NCBI GenBank assembly: GCA_963634265.1
Contig: CAVHCH010000067.1
Coordinates: 6,787 to 70,786, forward strand
Length of the DNA stretch: 64,000 nt
Direction of reading: 5' to 3'
Origin: Bacteroidaceae bacterium
Lineage (GTDB): Bacteria > Bacillota > Clostridia > Oscillospirales > Oscillospiraceae
Each line of letters begins with the position of its first letter. Position 1 is the stretch's first letter. A model generated the notes under the pieces. That model saw nothing but the letters and a program-made list of their open reading frames with translations. It had not been told where the DNA came from and ran no database searches. Positions 27,280 to 36,549 of this stretch are shown in pieces. Made by a program: the position numbers and the translations under genes.

Positions 27280-28038
27280 TTATCTTCCCAATGTGAACGC
27301 CGCTGCCACGGCGATAACCTCTCGGGCCCAGTAGCCGGGGCCTAAGAGCCAATAGGAGCGGCAGCCCAGGGACTGGGCCTCCAGGCCGCTGTTTTTCGCG
27401 TAGATGGCCGAGCGGAGCTGGTGGAAATTGTCGCTGGCTACGGCGATCTCCGTGGGCAGGCCGTTTTCCTTGATAATATCCGCGGCAAAGGCGATATTCT
27501 GCCTGGTGTTTTCGGACTTCTCCTCCAGGTAAATGCGGCTGGAGTCGATGCCCCGGCGCACCAGCTCGTCCCGGATGCACTGGGCCTCGGAGATGATCTC
27601 GTCGTCGGCCATGCCGCCGCAGGCCACGCATACGGCCTGGGGGTTCTCCGTCAGGTAGTCGTAGGCGCTGTCGATGCGGGCCATGAGCATTTTGCTGGGG
27701 CGGCGGCCCCGAATTTCGCAGCCCAGGACCAGGACGGTGCAGGGCGCGTCGCTCTCGGGCCGGTTCACCGCCTGGCGCACCATGAGGCCCAATATCACAT
27801 CCACGCACAAAAGTCCCGCCGCAAAAAGGGCCAGCAGCGTCCGCCACAGAGCGCGGTGCCGCCCGGTGAGCAGCGCTTTGACCTTCTGCGGGCGCAGGAG
27901 CATCCAGGTGAAGATGCCCAGTATCACCACCGGGAAAAACATCCCGATATGGCGCACGCCGATGGAGAGCGGCAGCAGGAAGTAGACGCTCAGGGCGACA
28001 AACAGCGCCGCCAGGGTGTAACGGAGGATCTTATTCAT
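27280..28038 (-). CDS. YdcF/ElyC (DUF218) family membrane protein
   Basis: VLGC, CGG..D..SEA, EEKSENTRQNI, SDNFHQLR, YWARE motifs. Confidence 0.88.
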   Translation of the reverse strand: MNKILRYTLAALFVALSVYFLLPLSIGVRHIGMFFPVVILGIFTWMLLRPQKVKALLTGRHRALWRTLLALFAAGLLCVDVILGLMVRQAVNRPESDAPCTVLVLGCEIRGRRPSKMLMARIDSAYDYLTENPQAVCVACGGMADDEIISEAQCIRDELVRRGIDSSRIYLEEKSENTRQNIAFAADIIKENGLPTEIAVASDNFHQLRSAIYAKNSGLEAQSLGCRSYWLLGPGYWAREVIAVAAAFTLGR

Positions 28039-28661
28039 GCGGGGGCCGTTTCTTCCGCGATGTGGCCGGCGATGCGCTGCATGATGAGGTCCAGGGCCAC
28101 CAGGTTATGGCCGCCCTCCAGGACCACGATGTCAGCGTATTTTCGCGTGGGCTCCACGAACTGCTCGTGCATGGGCTTCACCGTGGTGAGATACTGCTGG
28201 ACGATGGACTGCATGGAGCGGCCCCGCTCCTCCACATCCCGCAGGGCCCGGCGCAGGATGCGCACATCCGCGTCCGTCTCCACGAAAATGCGAATGTCCA
28301 TCAGCTCCCGCAGGCGGGGGTCCTGAAAAATGAGAATACCCTCCACGATGATGACCGGGGCGGGCTGAATGAGCACCGTTTCATCCGTGCGGTTGTGGTC
28401 GGCGTAGGAATAGACCGGGCAGTGGATGGCGTGGCCCGCCTTCAGCTCCTTGAGCTGCTGGACCATGAGGTCGGTGTCGAAGGCGTCGGGGTGGTCGTAG
28501 TTCTGCTTGCAGCGCTCCTCGAAGGGGACATCCTGGCGCTTATAGTAGTTGTCGTGGTGTACGACGCTGATGGCCGAGCCGAAATGGGCGGCCAGGTGTT
28601 CGGTGAGCGTGGTTTTGCCGCTGCCGGTGCCTCCGGCGATGCCGATGATCATGGTATTCAT
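28035..28661 (-). CDS. udk: Uridine kinase
   Basis: GIAGGTGSGKTT, DNYYK, NYDHPDAFD, RRALRDVEERGR, FVEPTRKYAD motifs. Confidence 0.96.
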   Translation of the reverse strand: MNTMIIGIAGGTGSGKTTLTEHLAAHFGSAISVVHHDNYYKRQDVPFEERCKQNYDHPDAFDTDLMVQQLKELKAGHAIHCPVYSYADHNRTDETVLIQPAPVIIVEGILIFQDPRLRELMDIRIFVETDADVRILRRALRDVEERGRSMQSIVQQYLTTVKPMHEQFVEPTRKYADIVVLEGGHNLVALDLIMQRIAGHIAEETAPA

Positions 28662-28822
28662 AAGCGATGTCCCCTCGATATTATTTTTTTATTCCATTAT
28701 AGGCAGGTTGCGGAATAATTGCAAGGGAACTTGTAAAAAAAGGATGAATTTCCTTGTTTTTCAGTTGACGCGGGCGGGCAAGTCGTATAATATAATTATG
28801 TAAATCTAAGGGAGGAACAGCA

Positions 28823-29593
28823 ATGCGCCTTTTGAAATGTCCCAAATGCGGAGAGATGTTCTCCGATACCTATAAAACCTGTCCCTTCTGCCAGGAGGAC
28901 GAGGAGATACACAGCGGCAAGAGCGTGAAGCCCAGCGGACGCCGGGTAGGCGGCGGCAAGGCCAAGCCCAAGGTGGGCGGCGGCGTGGTGGTAGCGTGCC
29001 TGGTGCTGGTGCTGGGCCTGGTGGTCTTCACCATCTTTGGCAGCCAGCTTACGGAGATCTTCACCGGCGGCAAGGACGAGCCCGCACCTGCGGCCTTGAC
29101 CCTCAGCCAAAAGAGCGCCGACCTCACCGTAGGCGGCACCGTGAAGCTCACCGCTTCCGGCGGGGAGAGCACCGTCAGCTTCTCCAGCAGCGATGAGGCT
29201 GTGGCGACGGTGGCCGCCGACGGCACCGTAAAGGCCGTGGGCGAGGGTAGCGCCGTGGTCACCGCCAAGGCGGGAGACCTGACCGCCTCGTGCAGCGTGG
29301 CTGTGAAAGCGGCGACCCAGGAGCCGGAGCCGGTGAAGCCCGATGTGCCCGCAACGAGCGACCTGGTGCTGCAATCCATTTACGGCAGCAGCGGGGAATT
29401 CTCCTGCAATGTGGGCGAGGCCGTACCCCTGGAGGTAACGGGGACCGAGAGCGCCGTCACCTGGAGCAGCTCTGACAGCCAGATCGTCACCGTGGATGCC
29501 TCCGGCACCGCTACGGCGGTGGCCTCGGGCCGGGCCATTATCACCGCCGCTGTGGACGGGCAGACCTTGACCATTGAGGTTTTGGTTTGGTAA
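28823..29593 (+). CDS. Membrane protein with N-terminal zinc ribbon and two bacterial Ig-like (Big_2) domains
   Basis: CPKC..CPFC, one TM, SSSDEAVATV..G.VKAVGEG and WSSSD..IVTVD..G.ATAV repeats. Confidence 0.82.
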   Translation: MRLLKCPKCGEMFSDTYKTCPFCQEDEEIHSGKSVKPSGRRVGGGKAKPKVGGGVVVACLVLVLGLVVFTIFGSQLTEIFTGGKDEPAPAALTLSQKSADLTVGGTVKLTASGGESTVSFSSSDEAVATVAADGTVKAVGEGSAVVTAKAGDLTASCSVAVKAATQEPEPVKPDVPATSDLVLQSIYGSSGEFSCNVGEAVPLEVTGTESAVTWSSSDSQIVTVDASGTATAVASGRAIITAAVDGQTLTIEVLVW

Positions 29594-29660
29594 TGATTTT
29601 TATAACCGCAAAGCGCCTTGCCGTTTTGGCAAGGCGTTTTTACCGAAAAGAACGGGAGGA

Positions 29661-30452
29661 ATGGTTTTGAACCGCAGGGAGCTTTTGGATAAACTCTCCG
29701 CCTCGGCGGAGGAGCGGGTGCTGCTGGGCCGTCTGTGGGACGCTCTGGAGCGCTGCCGGGGGCGCAATGTGCCGGAGGAGAGCGGGTTCCTCTCCCCCCA
29801 CGAGCAGGCTCTGGCCGGGCAGCTGATGCAGGCCTTGGGCGCTGTGGACGGCTGGGCCCTTTGGGGCGGCTACGAGGGTGCCCAGCGGCGGCAGATGCAC
29901 TTTCTCCCGGACTGGTGCGACGGGCCGGAGGCCGGGGCCATCCGGGTGCTGCGGTGTCGGTTTTATGAGACGGACCACCCCACCCACCGGGACTTTTTGG
30001 GCAGTCTCATGGGCCTGGGTCTGACGCGGGAGAAGATCGGCGACATTCTGGTCTCGCCCCAGGCGGCGGATGTGCCGGTGGGCAGCAGCGTGGCGGACTT
30101 CCTCTTGCAGGAGTGGACGCAGGCGGGCCGGGTGCATCTGCGCGTGGCGGAGATCGGGCCGGAGGAGATCGCCGTGCCGGAGCAGCCGGTGAAGCTGGTG
30201 CGGGACACGGTGGCATCCTTGCGGCTGGACAGCGTACTGGCGGCGGGATTTTCCATAGGCCGCAGCGCGGCGGCGGAGCTGATACGCAGCGGCAAGGTGG
30301 AAGTGAACTGGATGCCCTGCGAAAAGCCCGACGCAGCCGTGCAGGCGGGGGATGTGCTCACGGCCCGGGGCCTGGGCAAGTGCCAGGTGGAGGCCGTGGG
30401 CGGACAGAGCCGCAAGGGCCGCACGGGCATCACGGTGAAACGATTTTTATGA
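29661..30452 (+). CDS. ylmH: YlmH/Sll1252-family S4 RNA-binding protein
   Basis: GFLSP, WGGYEGAQR, HRDFLGSLMGLG.TREKIGDI, VASLRLDSV, RGLGK motifs. Confidence 0.9.
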   Translation: MVLNRRELLDKLSASAEERVLLGRLWDALERCRGRNVPEESGFLSPHEQALAGQLMQALGAVDGWALWGGYEGAQRRQMHFLPDWCDGPEAGAIRVLRCRFYETDHPTHRDFLGSLMGLGLTREKIGDILVSPQAADVPVGSSVADFLLQEWTQAGRVHLRVAEIGPEEIAVPEQPVKLVRDTVASLRLDSVLAAGFSIGRSAAAELIRSGKVEVNWMPCEKPDAAVQAGDVLTARGLGKCQVEAVGGQSRKGRTGITVKRFL

Positions 30453-30464
30453 GAGGTGGCGGAG

Positions 30465-30683
30465 ATGGAACAGAAGAAAATTGACCGCATCAACGAGCTG
30501 GCCCGGAAGGCCAAGACCCCGGAGGGTCTGACCCCCGCTGAGACAGAGGAGCGGGCCGCCCTGCGCCAGGAGTATCTGAACAGCGTCATGGACAACCTCC
30601 GCCGGGAGCTGGACAACACCTGGGTGGTGGACGAAAAGGGCAACAAGCGGAAGCTGACACCGGGGAAGAAGACTATGTCGTGA
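30465..30683 (+). CDS. DUF896 (YnzC-like) protein
   Basis: KIDRINELARKAK..GLT..E..ER..LRQEYL motif. Confidence 0.9.
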   Translation: MEQKKIDRINELARKAKTPEGLTPAETEERAALRQEYLNSVMDNLRRELDNTWVVDEKGNKRKLTPGKKTMS

Positions 30684-30689
30684 GGGGGC

Positions 30690-31190
30690 GGGCGACCGCA
30701 AGGGTCGCCCCTACGCAGGGGATGCTTTTTCGTTGGCTCCCCTGCGTAAGGGGAGCTGGCACGGCGAAGCCGTGACTGAAGGGTCGCCGACCACCGCACC
30801 CCATGCAACGCAAAACGGCGGGGTGTGGTCACCCCGCCCTACAATGTTGGCCCCCTTGCCTAAAGGGGGCTGTCGGCGGAGCCGACTGGGGGATTCGTTT
30901 TCCCCACCGCACCGGCAGGGCACGCGGGCCCTGCCCTACAAAAATTACTGTTGTAGGGCGGGACCCATGTGTCCCGCCGCCCCGCACCTACCTTGTGATA
31001 ATCGAACCCTCTACCCCGCACGAATCCCTCCACCAGCCTGCGGCTGGTCCCCCTCCCTTTAGGCAAGGGAGGCAACGGGTTTTCGGGGGTGCGGTAAGGC
31101 GGGCCGATGTGGGCATCGGCCCCTACGGAATCGTTCGTAGGGACGGGGTTCTACCCCGCCCGCGGGAGGGGCAGAGCCCCTCCCCTACGG
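30690..31190. repeat. Large REP-like mosaic cluster
   Basis: About seven GTAGG-palindromes plus CCCCTGCGTAAGGGG and CCCTTGCCTAAAGGG units. Confidence 0.85.
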
Positions 31191-31244
31191 ATGGTTTGAA
31201 TCCTGTCCGCCCTGTGTTCGTCCTTGCAATAACATTTTGACCAC

Positions 31245-31287
31245 AAAAAATCCCCTATCCGGGTCTGTCTCGGATAGGGGATTTTTT
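31245..31287. terminator. Bidirectional terminator
   Basis: AAAAAATCCCCTATCCG..CGGATAGGGGATTTTTT between convergent genes. Confidence 0.85.
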
Positions 31288-31290
31288 ATT

Positions 31291-31854
31291 TCAGAAATTG
31301 AACACCACACCCACCACGGCGGAGGCCAGGATGAAGAGGATCGGGTGCAGGCCCTTGGTGGGCTTTACCCAGCGGGTGAGCACCAGGAGCACGGCGGCCA
31401 GGGCGATGCCCTTCCAATTCAGCATAGCCAGGCCCGTCATGCCGCTGTTGAGCAGGGCCACCCCCGCCACGCTGAGGCCCGCCGCCGCCACCATGGCCGC
31501 CGAGGCCGGGCGCAGGCCGTAAAACACGCTCTGGACGATCTTGCTGTCCCGGAAGCTGCGCAGGAAGGCGGCGATGATGAGAATGACGATGATGGACGGG
31601 GTTATCAGGCCCAGGGTCGCTACCAAAGCGCCGGGGATGCCCCCCACCTGGAAGCCCACGAAGGTGGCCATATTCACACCCAGAGGGCCGGGAGTGGACT
31701 CGGACACGGCCACCATGTCGGCGATCTGCGCGGTGGAAAACCACTCCGGGTGCCGGGCGGACATATCATAGAGGAAGGGCAGGGTCGCCATGCCGCCGCC
31801 GATGGCAAACAGGCCGGTCTTGAAATATTCGTAAAACAGCAGCAGATAGGTCAT
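31291..31854 (-). CDS. chrA: Chromate transporter (short-chain CHR, second half)
   Basis: GLFAIGGG, SESTPGP..N.ATFVG, GLRPA motifs. Confidence 0.9.
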   Translation of the reverse strand: MTYLLLFYEYFKTGLFAIGGGMATLPFLYDMSARHPEWFSTAQIADMVAVSESTPGPLGVNMATFVGFQVGGIPGALVATLGLITPSIIVILIIAAFLRSFRDSKIVQSVFYGLRPASAAMVAAAGLSVAGVALLNSGMTGLAMLNWKGIALAAVLLVLTRWVKPTKGLHPILFILASAVVGVVFNF

Positions 31855-32399
31855 TTCTTCTCCCTCCCTTTCACGGCCTGGAGCACCACGCCCGCCAGAC
31901 CCGCCGCCAGCACATAGAGGATGGGCGACACATCTATCACGAAGGACAGCACCAGGATCACCCCGAAAATGGCCCAGCACCAGGCATCCTTCAGCGCGCC
32001 CTTAATGAGCTTCAGCACGGCGTTGAAGATCAGCACGCACACGCACACCCGGATGCCCGCAAAGGCGTGCTGCACCCAGGTCAGGTGGGCGTAGGTGTTG
32101 ATGACCTTAGCCAGGCAGGAAATGATGATAAGCGACGGGAACACCACGCCCAAGGTAGCCACGATGCCCCCGGCCACGCCCTTACGCTTCTGGCCGATGA
32201 AGGTGGCGGTGTTCACGGCGATGACCCCCGGGGTACACTGGCCGATGGCGAAATAGTCCGTCAGCTCCTCATCGGTGGCCCAGCCCTTTTTCTCCACCAC
32301 CTCACGCTGCAAAATGGGCAGCATGGCGTAGCCCCCGCCAAAGGTCATAACGCCCACCTTGGCGAAGGTGTAAAACAGTTCCCAAAGTTCTTTCAGCAT
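31851..32399 (-). CDS. chrA: Chromate transporter (short-chain CHR, first half)
   Basis: TFGGGYAMLP, GQCTPGVIAVNTATFIG motifs. Confidence 0.9.
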   Translation of the reverse strand: MLKELWELFYTFAKVGVMTFGGGYAMLPILQREVVEKKGWATDEELTDYFAIGQCTPGVIAVNTATFIGQKRKGVAGGIVATLGVVFPSLIIISCLAKVINTYAHLTWVQHAFAGIRVCVCVLIFNAVLKLIKGALKDAWCWAIFGVILVLSFVIDVSPILYVLAAGLAGVVLQAVKGREKK

Positions 32400-32403
32400 A
32401 GTA

Positions 32404-33390
32404 TCACTCCGTATATCCATAAAGTCCGCGCACCGACACCTCGCCGCTGCGCACGGTTTCCTCGGTTCCGTCCCGGTGGCGCACCACCAGGCCGTACTGC
32501 CCATCTATCCCAATGGCCTGCACCGGCTCCTGGGTGTCGCCCCGGATGAGCCGTACGGTCTTGCCCACATTCAGGCAGGCCGAGCGGTAGTCCGCCAGCC
32601 ATGTCGCCGGGGCAAAAAGCACATCCCGGCGCAGAATATCCATCTCCTCCAGCAAGGCCGCCGCCAGTTGGGCCCGGCAGACGCTGCCTCCCAGGGCCAG
32701 GTCCAAAGAGGTGGCGATGTCCGCAACCTCCCCGGCGAAATCCTCCCTCTGCTGGTGGACATTGATGCCGATACCCACCACCACATGGGACACATGGCCG
32801 CTCTCCCCCTCCAGGGCCATCTCCGTGAGGATGCCCGCCAGCTTGCGCCCCGAAAGCACCAGGTCGTTGGGCCACTTGATCTGCACCACGGCCCCGGTCA
32901 CGCGGCGAATGGCCCGGCAGGCGGCCACGGCGCTGAGAGCCGTCACGGGCAGGAGCCGCTCCGGGTCGCAGTCGGGCCGCCACAGGATGGAGAAAAACAG
33001 GCCCTTGCCCGCCGGGGACTGGAAGCTGCGGCCACGGCGGCCACGGCCCGCCGTCTGGCAGTCGGCCAGCACCGCCGTGCCGTCCGGGGCCCCCTCCAGG
33101 GCCAGGCGGCGGCAGACGGAGTTGGTGGAGTCCGTTTCGGAAAGCACCTGGAAATTTTCCCGGGGACAGGTCAAATACCGCTCCACGGCGTCGCAGGAGA
33201 GGAGGTCCGGCGCACCCAGGAGCCGGTAGCCCCGGCCCGTGCGGGCCTCGATGTTGTAGCCCTGGCGGCGCAGGGCCTCCACCGCCTTCCACACGGCGGC
33301 CCGGCTGATGCCCAGGTCCCGGCTCAGCTCCTGGCCGGAGAGGTAGCCCCCGGCCTCCTGCAAGGCCCGTCGCACGCGCTGCTGACTCAT
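32404..33390 (-). CDS. birA: Bifunctional biotin ligase/repressor BirA
   Basis: N-terminal HTH SGQELSRDLGISRAAVWKAV, DSTN, QTAGRGRRGR, KWPND, KLAGILTE, GIGIN. Confidence 0.96.
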   Translation of the reverse strand: MSQQRVRRALQEAGGYLSGQELSRDLGISRAAVWKAVEALRRQGYNIEARTGRGYRLLGAPDLLSCDAVERYLTCPRENFQVLSETDSTNSVCRRLALEGAPDGTAVLADCQTAGRGRRGRSFQSPAGKGLFFSILWRPDCDPERLLPVTALSAVAACRAIRRVTGAVVQIKWPNDLVLSGRKLAGILTEMALEGESGHVSHVVVGIGINVHQQREDFAGEVADIATSLDLALGGSVCRAQLAAALLEEMDILRRDVLFAPATWLADYRSACLNVGKTVRLIRGDTQEPVQAIGIDGQYGLVVRHRDGTEETVRSGEVSVRGLYGYTE

Positions 33391-33429
33391 GTTCGTTTCC
33401 TCCGCTCCACAAAATGTGCATTCCCGCAC

Positions 33430-33723
33430 TCCGGGCGGACAGGGTCGTCCGCCCCTACAACGATGCCGTCACCCCACCGTGCATATGACAAGGGGTGCGG
33501 TACAGACGACCCCTCAGTCACGGCTCCGCCGTGCCAGCCTGCCCACCGTCGTGCCAGCCGATTCCCGGGCACTATCGTGCCCGCCAATCGGGGCACTTCC
33601 TCGAAATCGCCTTGCTTCTTCTGCCACTGGCAGCGCTTCGGCGATTTCCCCTTACGCAGGGGAGCCTTTGGGCGGGGGATACGGATTGCCACGACCAGTT
33701 TGCGAACTGGTCTCGCAATGACA
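33430..33723. repeat. Palindromic repeat cluster with a 108-bp nested insert (33539-33646)
   Basis: Same host unit and insert as 3810-4022. Confidence 0.85.
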
Positions 33724-33762
33724 TCTTTTTTGACAAACAGAGTTTACCACTGCAATTTGAAA

Positions 33763-33848
33763 TTGTAAACCAAATTTGCATTAAAGGATTGACAAGTTTT
33801 CAATTTTCCTGTATTGTAAACTCAAATTTATGTTTATGGGGTTTACAA
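33763..33848 (+). promoter_or_regulatory. Two tandem BirA operators overlapping the bioY promoter
   Basis: TTGTAAAC..ATTGACAA (33763-33795) and TTGTAAAC..GTTTACAA (33814-33848); TTGACA (33789)-17-TATTGT (33812). Confidence 0.8.
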
Positions 33849-33850
33849 CT

Positions 33851-34390
33851 ATGAGTCAAAACACGAAAATGCTGGCCCGGACGGCGCTGCTGGCGGCGTT
33901 GACGGCGGTGGGGGCGTTCATCAAAATTCCCCTGGGCTACTCCTCCATCACCCTGCAATTTTTCTTCACGGCCATGGCCGGGTGCCTGCTGGGGCCCTAT
34001 TGGGGGGCGGCCAGCCAGGGGGTGTATGTGCTTTTGGGCCTGGTGGGTCTGCCCATTTTCACCCTGGGCGGGGGCTTCGGCTATGTGCTCCAGCCCACCT
34101 TTGGCTTCCTGCTGGGGCTCATTCCCTCGGCTCTGGTCATGGGGTTTATCACGCGGAAAAATCGCAAGCCGGGGCGCATCGTTCTCGCCTGCGTGGCGGG
34201 CCTTGCCGCCCTCTACGCCGTGGGGCTGCCGTACATGGGGCTCATCCTCAATGTGTACCTGGGCAAGGGCTGGAGCCTGGGGCGGCTGCTGCGGGACGGG
34301 ATGCTCCTCTTCCTCCCCGGGGACGCCCTGAAGATCGCCGTGGCGGCGGTGCTGTTTCCCAAGCTGTCAGTCCTTTTCGACAAAAAATAA
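33851..34390 (+). CDS. bioY: Biotin ECF transporter S component BioY
   Basis: ITLQ, YVLLGLVGLPIF..GGG...PTFGFLLG, FLPGD.LK motifs; divergent from birA. Confidence 0.95.
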   Translation: MSQNTKMLARTALLAALTAVGAFIKIPLGYSSITLQFFFTAMAGCLLGPYWGAASQGVYVLLGLVGLPIFTLGGGFGYVLQPTFGFLLGLIPSALVMGFITRKNRKPGRIVLACVAGLAALYAVGLPYMGLILNVYLGKGWSLGRLLRDGMLLFLPGDALKIAVAAVLFPKLSVLFDKK

Positions 34391-34425
34391 AAAATTTTTC
34401 CATGCAGAATTGGACTTACTCCTAA

Positions 34426-34588
34426 TTGCCTTTTGTTTTTCGCCGCCGTATAATGGGCAGGATGAAATTTGAAAGGAGGCGACGACATGACCTTTTCCGC
34501 TGTTAAGAAGAAATGCCCGACTGTTGCCGCCGCTGTTTTCATTTCTATATTTCCTTTTTGACCGGTATTTTTACCGGTCAATTTTTTT
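34426..34588 (+). promoter_or_regulatory. Promoter, 24-aa leader ORF (34487-34561) and attenuator hairpin upstream of the uracil permease
   Basis: TTGCCT-17-TATAAT; AAGGAGG RBS then MTFSAVKKKCPTVAAAVFISIFPF; TTGACCGGTA-TTTT-TACCGGTCAA-T7 overlaps the stop codon. Confidence 0.65.
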
Positions 34589-34634
34589 GCCCGTTTACAA
34601 TTAAAATGTAAATATAACAAAGGAGGAGTTTCCC

Positions 34635-36023
34635 ATGAAGAAGAAACACAACTTAGGTAACGAGGCGGTCTACGACGCCCGGACCCTGGGCCTGCCCCGG
34701 ATGCTGGTGCTGGGATTGCAGCACCTGTTCGCCATGTTCGGCGCCACGGTGCTGGTGCCCATCCTGGTGCAGAGCTACGGCCTGCCCCTTTCCATCCAGA
34801 CCACCCTGCTGTTCGCGGGCCTGGGCACGTTGCTGTTCCATGTGTGTACGAAGCTGAAGGTCCCGGCCTTCCTGGGCTCCTCCTTCGCCTTCCTGGGCGG
34901 CTTCGAGGCGGTGAGCCAGCTGAATGTAGGCAAGTTCGCCGACATGAGCGGCGCGGAGAAGCTGCCCTACGCCCTGGGCGGCATCGTCATCGCCGGCGCG
35001 CTGTACCTGGTGCTGGCCCTGCTGTTTAAGGTGGTGGGCCCCCAGAAGGTCATGCGCTTCTTCCCGCCCATCGTCACCGGTCCCATCATCATCCTCATCG
35101 GTCTGAACCTCTCCGGCACTGCCATCTCCAACGCCTCCACCTGCTGGTGGCTGGCCCTGGTGTCCATCGCCATCATCATCGTGGCGAACATCTGGGGCAA
35201 GGGCATGGTGAAGATCATCCCCATCCTGCTGGGTGTGGTGGGCAGCTACATTGTGGCCCTCATCGCCACCGCCTGCGGCGCGCAGCTCCCGGACGCGGAG
35301 GGCGTCATGCACCCGCTTATCAACTTCGCCTCTGTCAAGAGCGCCGACCTGGTGGGCCTGCAGCAGTTCGTCATCGCCAAGTTTGACCTGACCTCCATCC
35401 TGGTCATGGCCCCCATCGCCATCGCCGCCATGATGGAGCACATCGGCGACATCTCCGCCATCTCCTCCACCACCGGCAAGAACTTCATCGAGGATCCCGG
35501 CCTGCACCGCACCCTGCTGGGCGACGGTCTGGCCACCGCCATGGCCGGTATGTTCGGCGGCCCCGCCAACACCACCTACGGCGAAAACACCGGCGTCCTG
35601 GCTCTGAGCAAGGTCTACGATCCCCGGGTCATCCGGCTGGCGGCTGTGTACGCCATCATCCTCTCCTTCTCCCCCAAGTTTGACGCCCTGGTCAACTCCA
35701 TCCCCACGGCCATCGTGGGCGGCGTCAGCTTCGTGCTGTACGGCATGATCTCCGCCGTGGGCGTGCGCAATGTGGTGGAGAACAAGGTGGACCTGACCAA
35801 GTCCCGGAACCTCATCATCGCGGCGGTGATCTTCGTCAGCGGCCTGGGCTTCAGCTCCACCGGCGGCATCACCTTCACCGTGGGCGGCGCGGACATCACC
35901 CTCACGGGCCTTGCCATCGCGGCCCTGTGCGGCGTGATCCTCAACGCCCTCCTCCCCGGCAACGACTACGAGTTCGGCGTAGACCCCCAGGGCGACAAGT
36001 CCGCCGACCTGGGCAGCTACTAA
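34635..36023 (+). CDS. uraA: Uracil/xanthine permease (NCS2, UraA/PyrP-like)
   Basis: GLQHLFAMFGATVLVP, GSSFAF, MEHIGD, PANTTYGEN.GV NCS2 signature. Confidence 0.92.
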   Translation: MKKKHNLGNEAVYDARTLGLPRMLVLGLQHLFAMFGATVLVPILVQSYGLPLSIQTTLLFAGLGTLLFHVCTKLKVPAFLGSSFAFLGGFEAVSQLNVGKFADMSGAEKLPYALGGIVIAGALYLVLALLFKVVGPQKVMRFFPPIVTGPIIILIGLNLSGTAISNASTCWWLALVSIAIIIVANIWGKGMVKIIPILLGVVGSYIVALIATACGAQLPDAEGVMHPLINFASVKSADLVGLQQFVIAKFDLTSILVMAPIAIAAMMEHIGDISAISSTTGKNFIEDPGLHRTLLGDGLATAMAGMFGGPANTTYGENTGVLALSKVYDPRVIRLAAVYAIILSFSPKFDALVNSIPTAIVGGVSFVLYGMISAVGVRNVVENKVDLTKSRNLIIAAVIFVSGLGFSSTGGITFTVGGADITLTGLAIAALCGVILNALLPGNDYEFGVDPQGDKSADLGSY

Positions 36024-36094
36024 GAAATAGGAACCATTTGAAAAAACACACAGGAGACGGCGAATGCCGTCTCCTGTTTTTTTGTGGAAGCCCT

Positions 36095-36482
36095 ATGCGG
36101 CGGGGCACACAGGCCCCGCCCTACAAATGGTTTCGGTAAATGTGTGTAGGGGCCGGCGTCCTCGACGGCCCGTTTTTTCCGCACCTCTTGCCCTCCGTAG
36201 GGGCGGGGTTCTACCCCGCCCGCGGGAGGGGCAGAGCCCCTCCCCTACGCACCCCATGATGCGCTTCTGTAGGGCGGGGTGACCACACCCCGCCGTGTGC
36301 GGGGCAAGGGGGCGGTGGGGGCGACCCTTCCGGCGCTTCGCGCCACCTCCCCTTACGCAGGGGAGGCTTTTTTGTTGGCTCCCCTGCGTAAGGGGAGCTG
36401 TCACGGCGAAGCCGTGACTGAGGGGGCGGCCCCAGCACCTCTTGCAACGGACGCGGGCGACCGCAAGGGTCGCCCCTACGGA
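36095..36482. repeat. REP-like mosaic cluster
   Basis: Includes the doublet GTAGGGGCGGGGTTCTACCCCGCCCGCGGGAGGGGCAGAGCCCCTCCCCTAC, identical at 49367 and nearly identical at 31137. Confidence 0.85.
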
Positions 36483-36549
36483 GGTTTTCCCTCACAAAAA
36501 GTCCGAGCGCCCCAAAAGGGGCGCTCGGTAGTGTTTCCAATTTGCTTTT

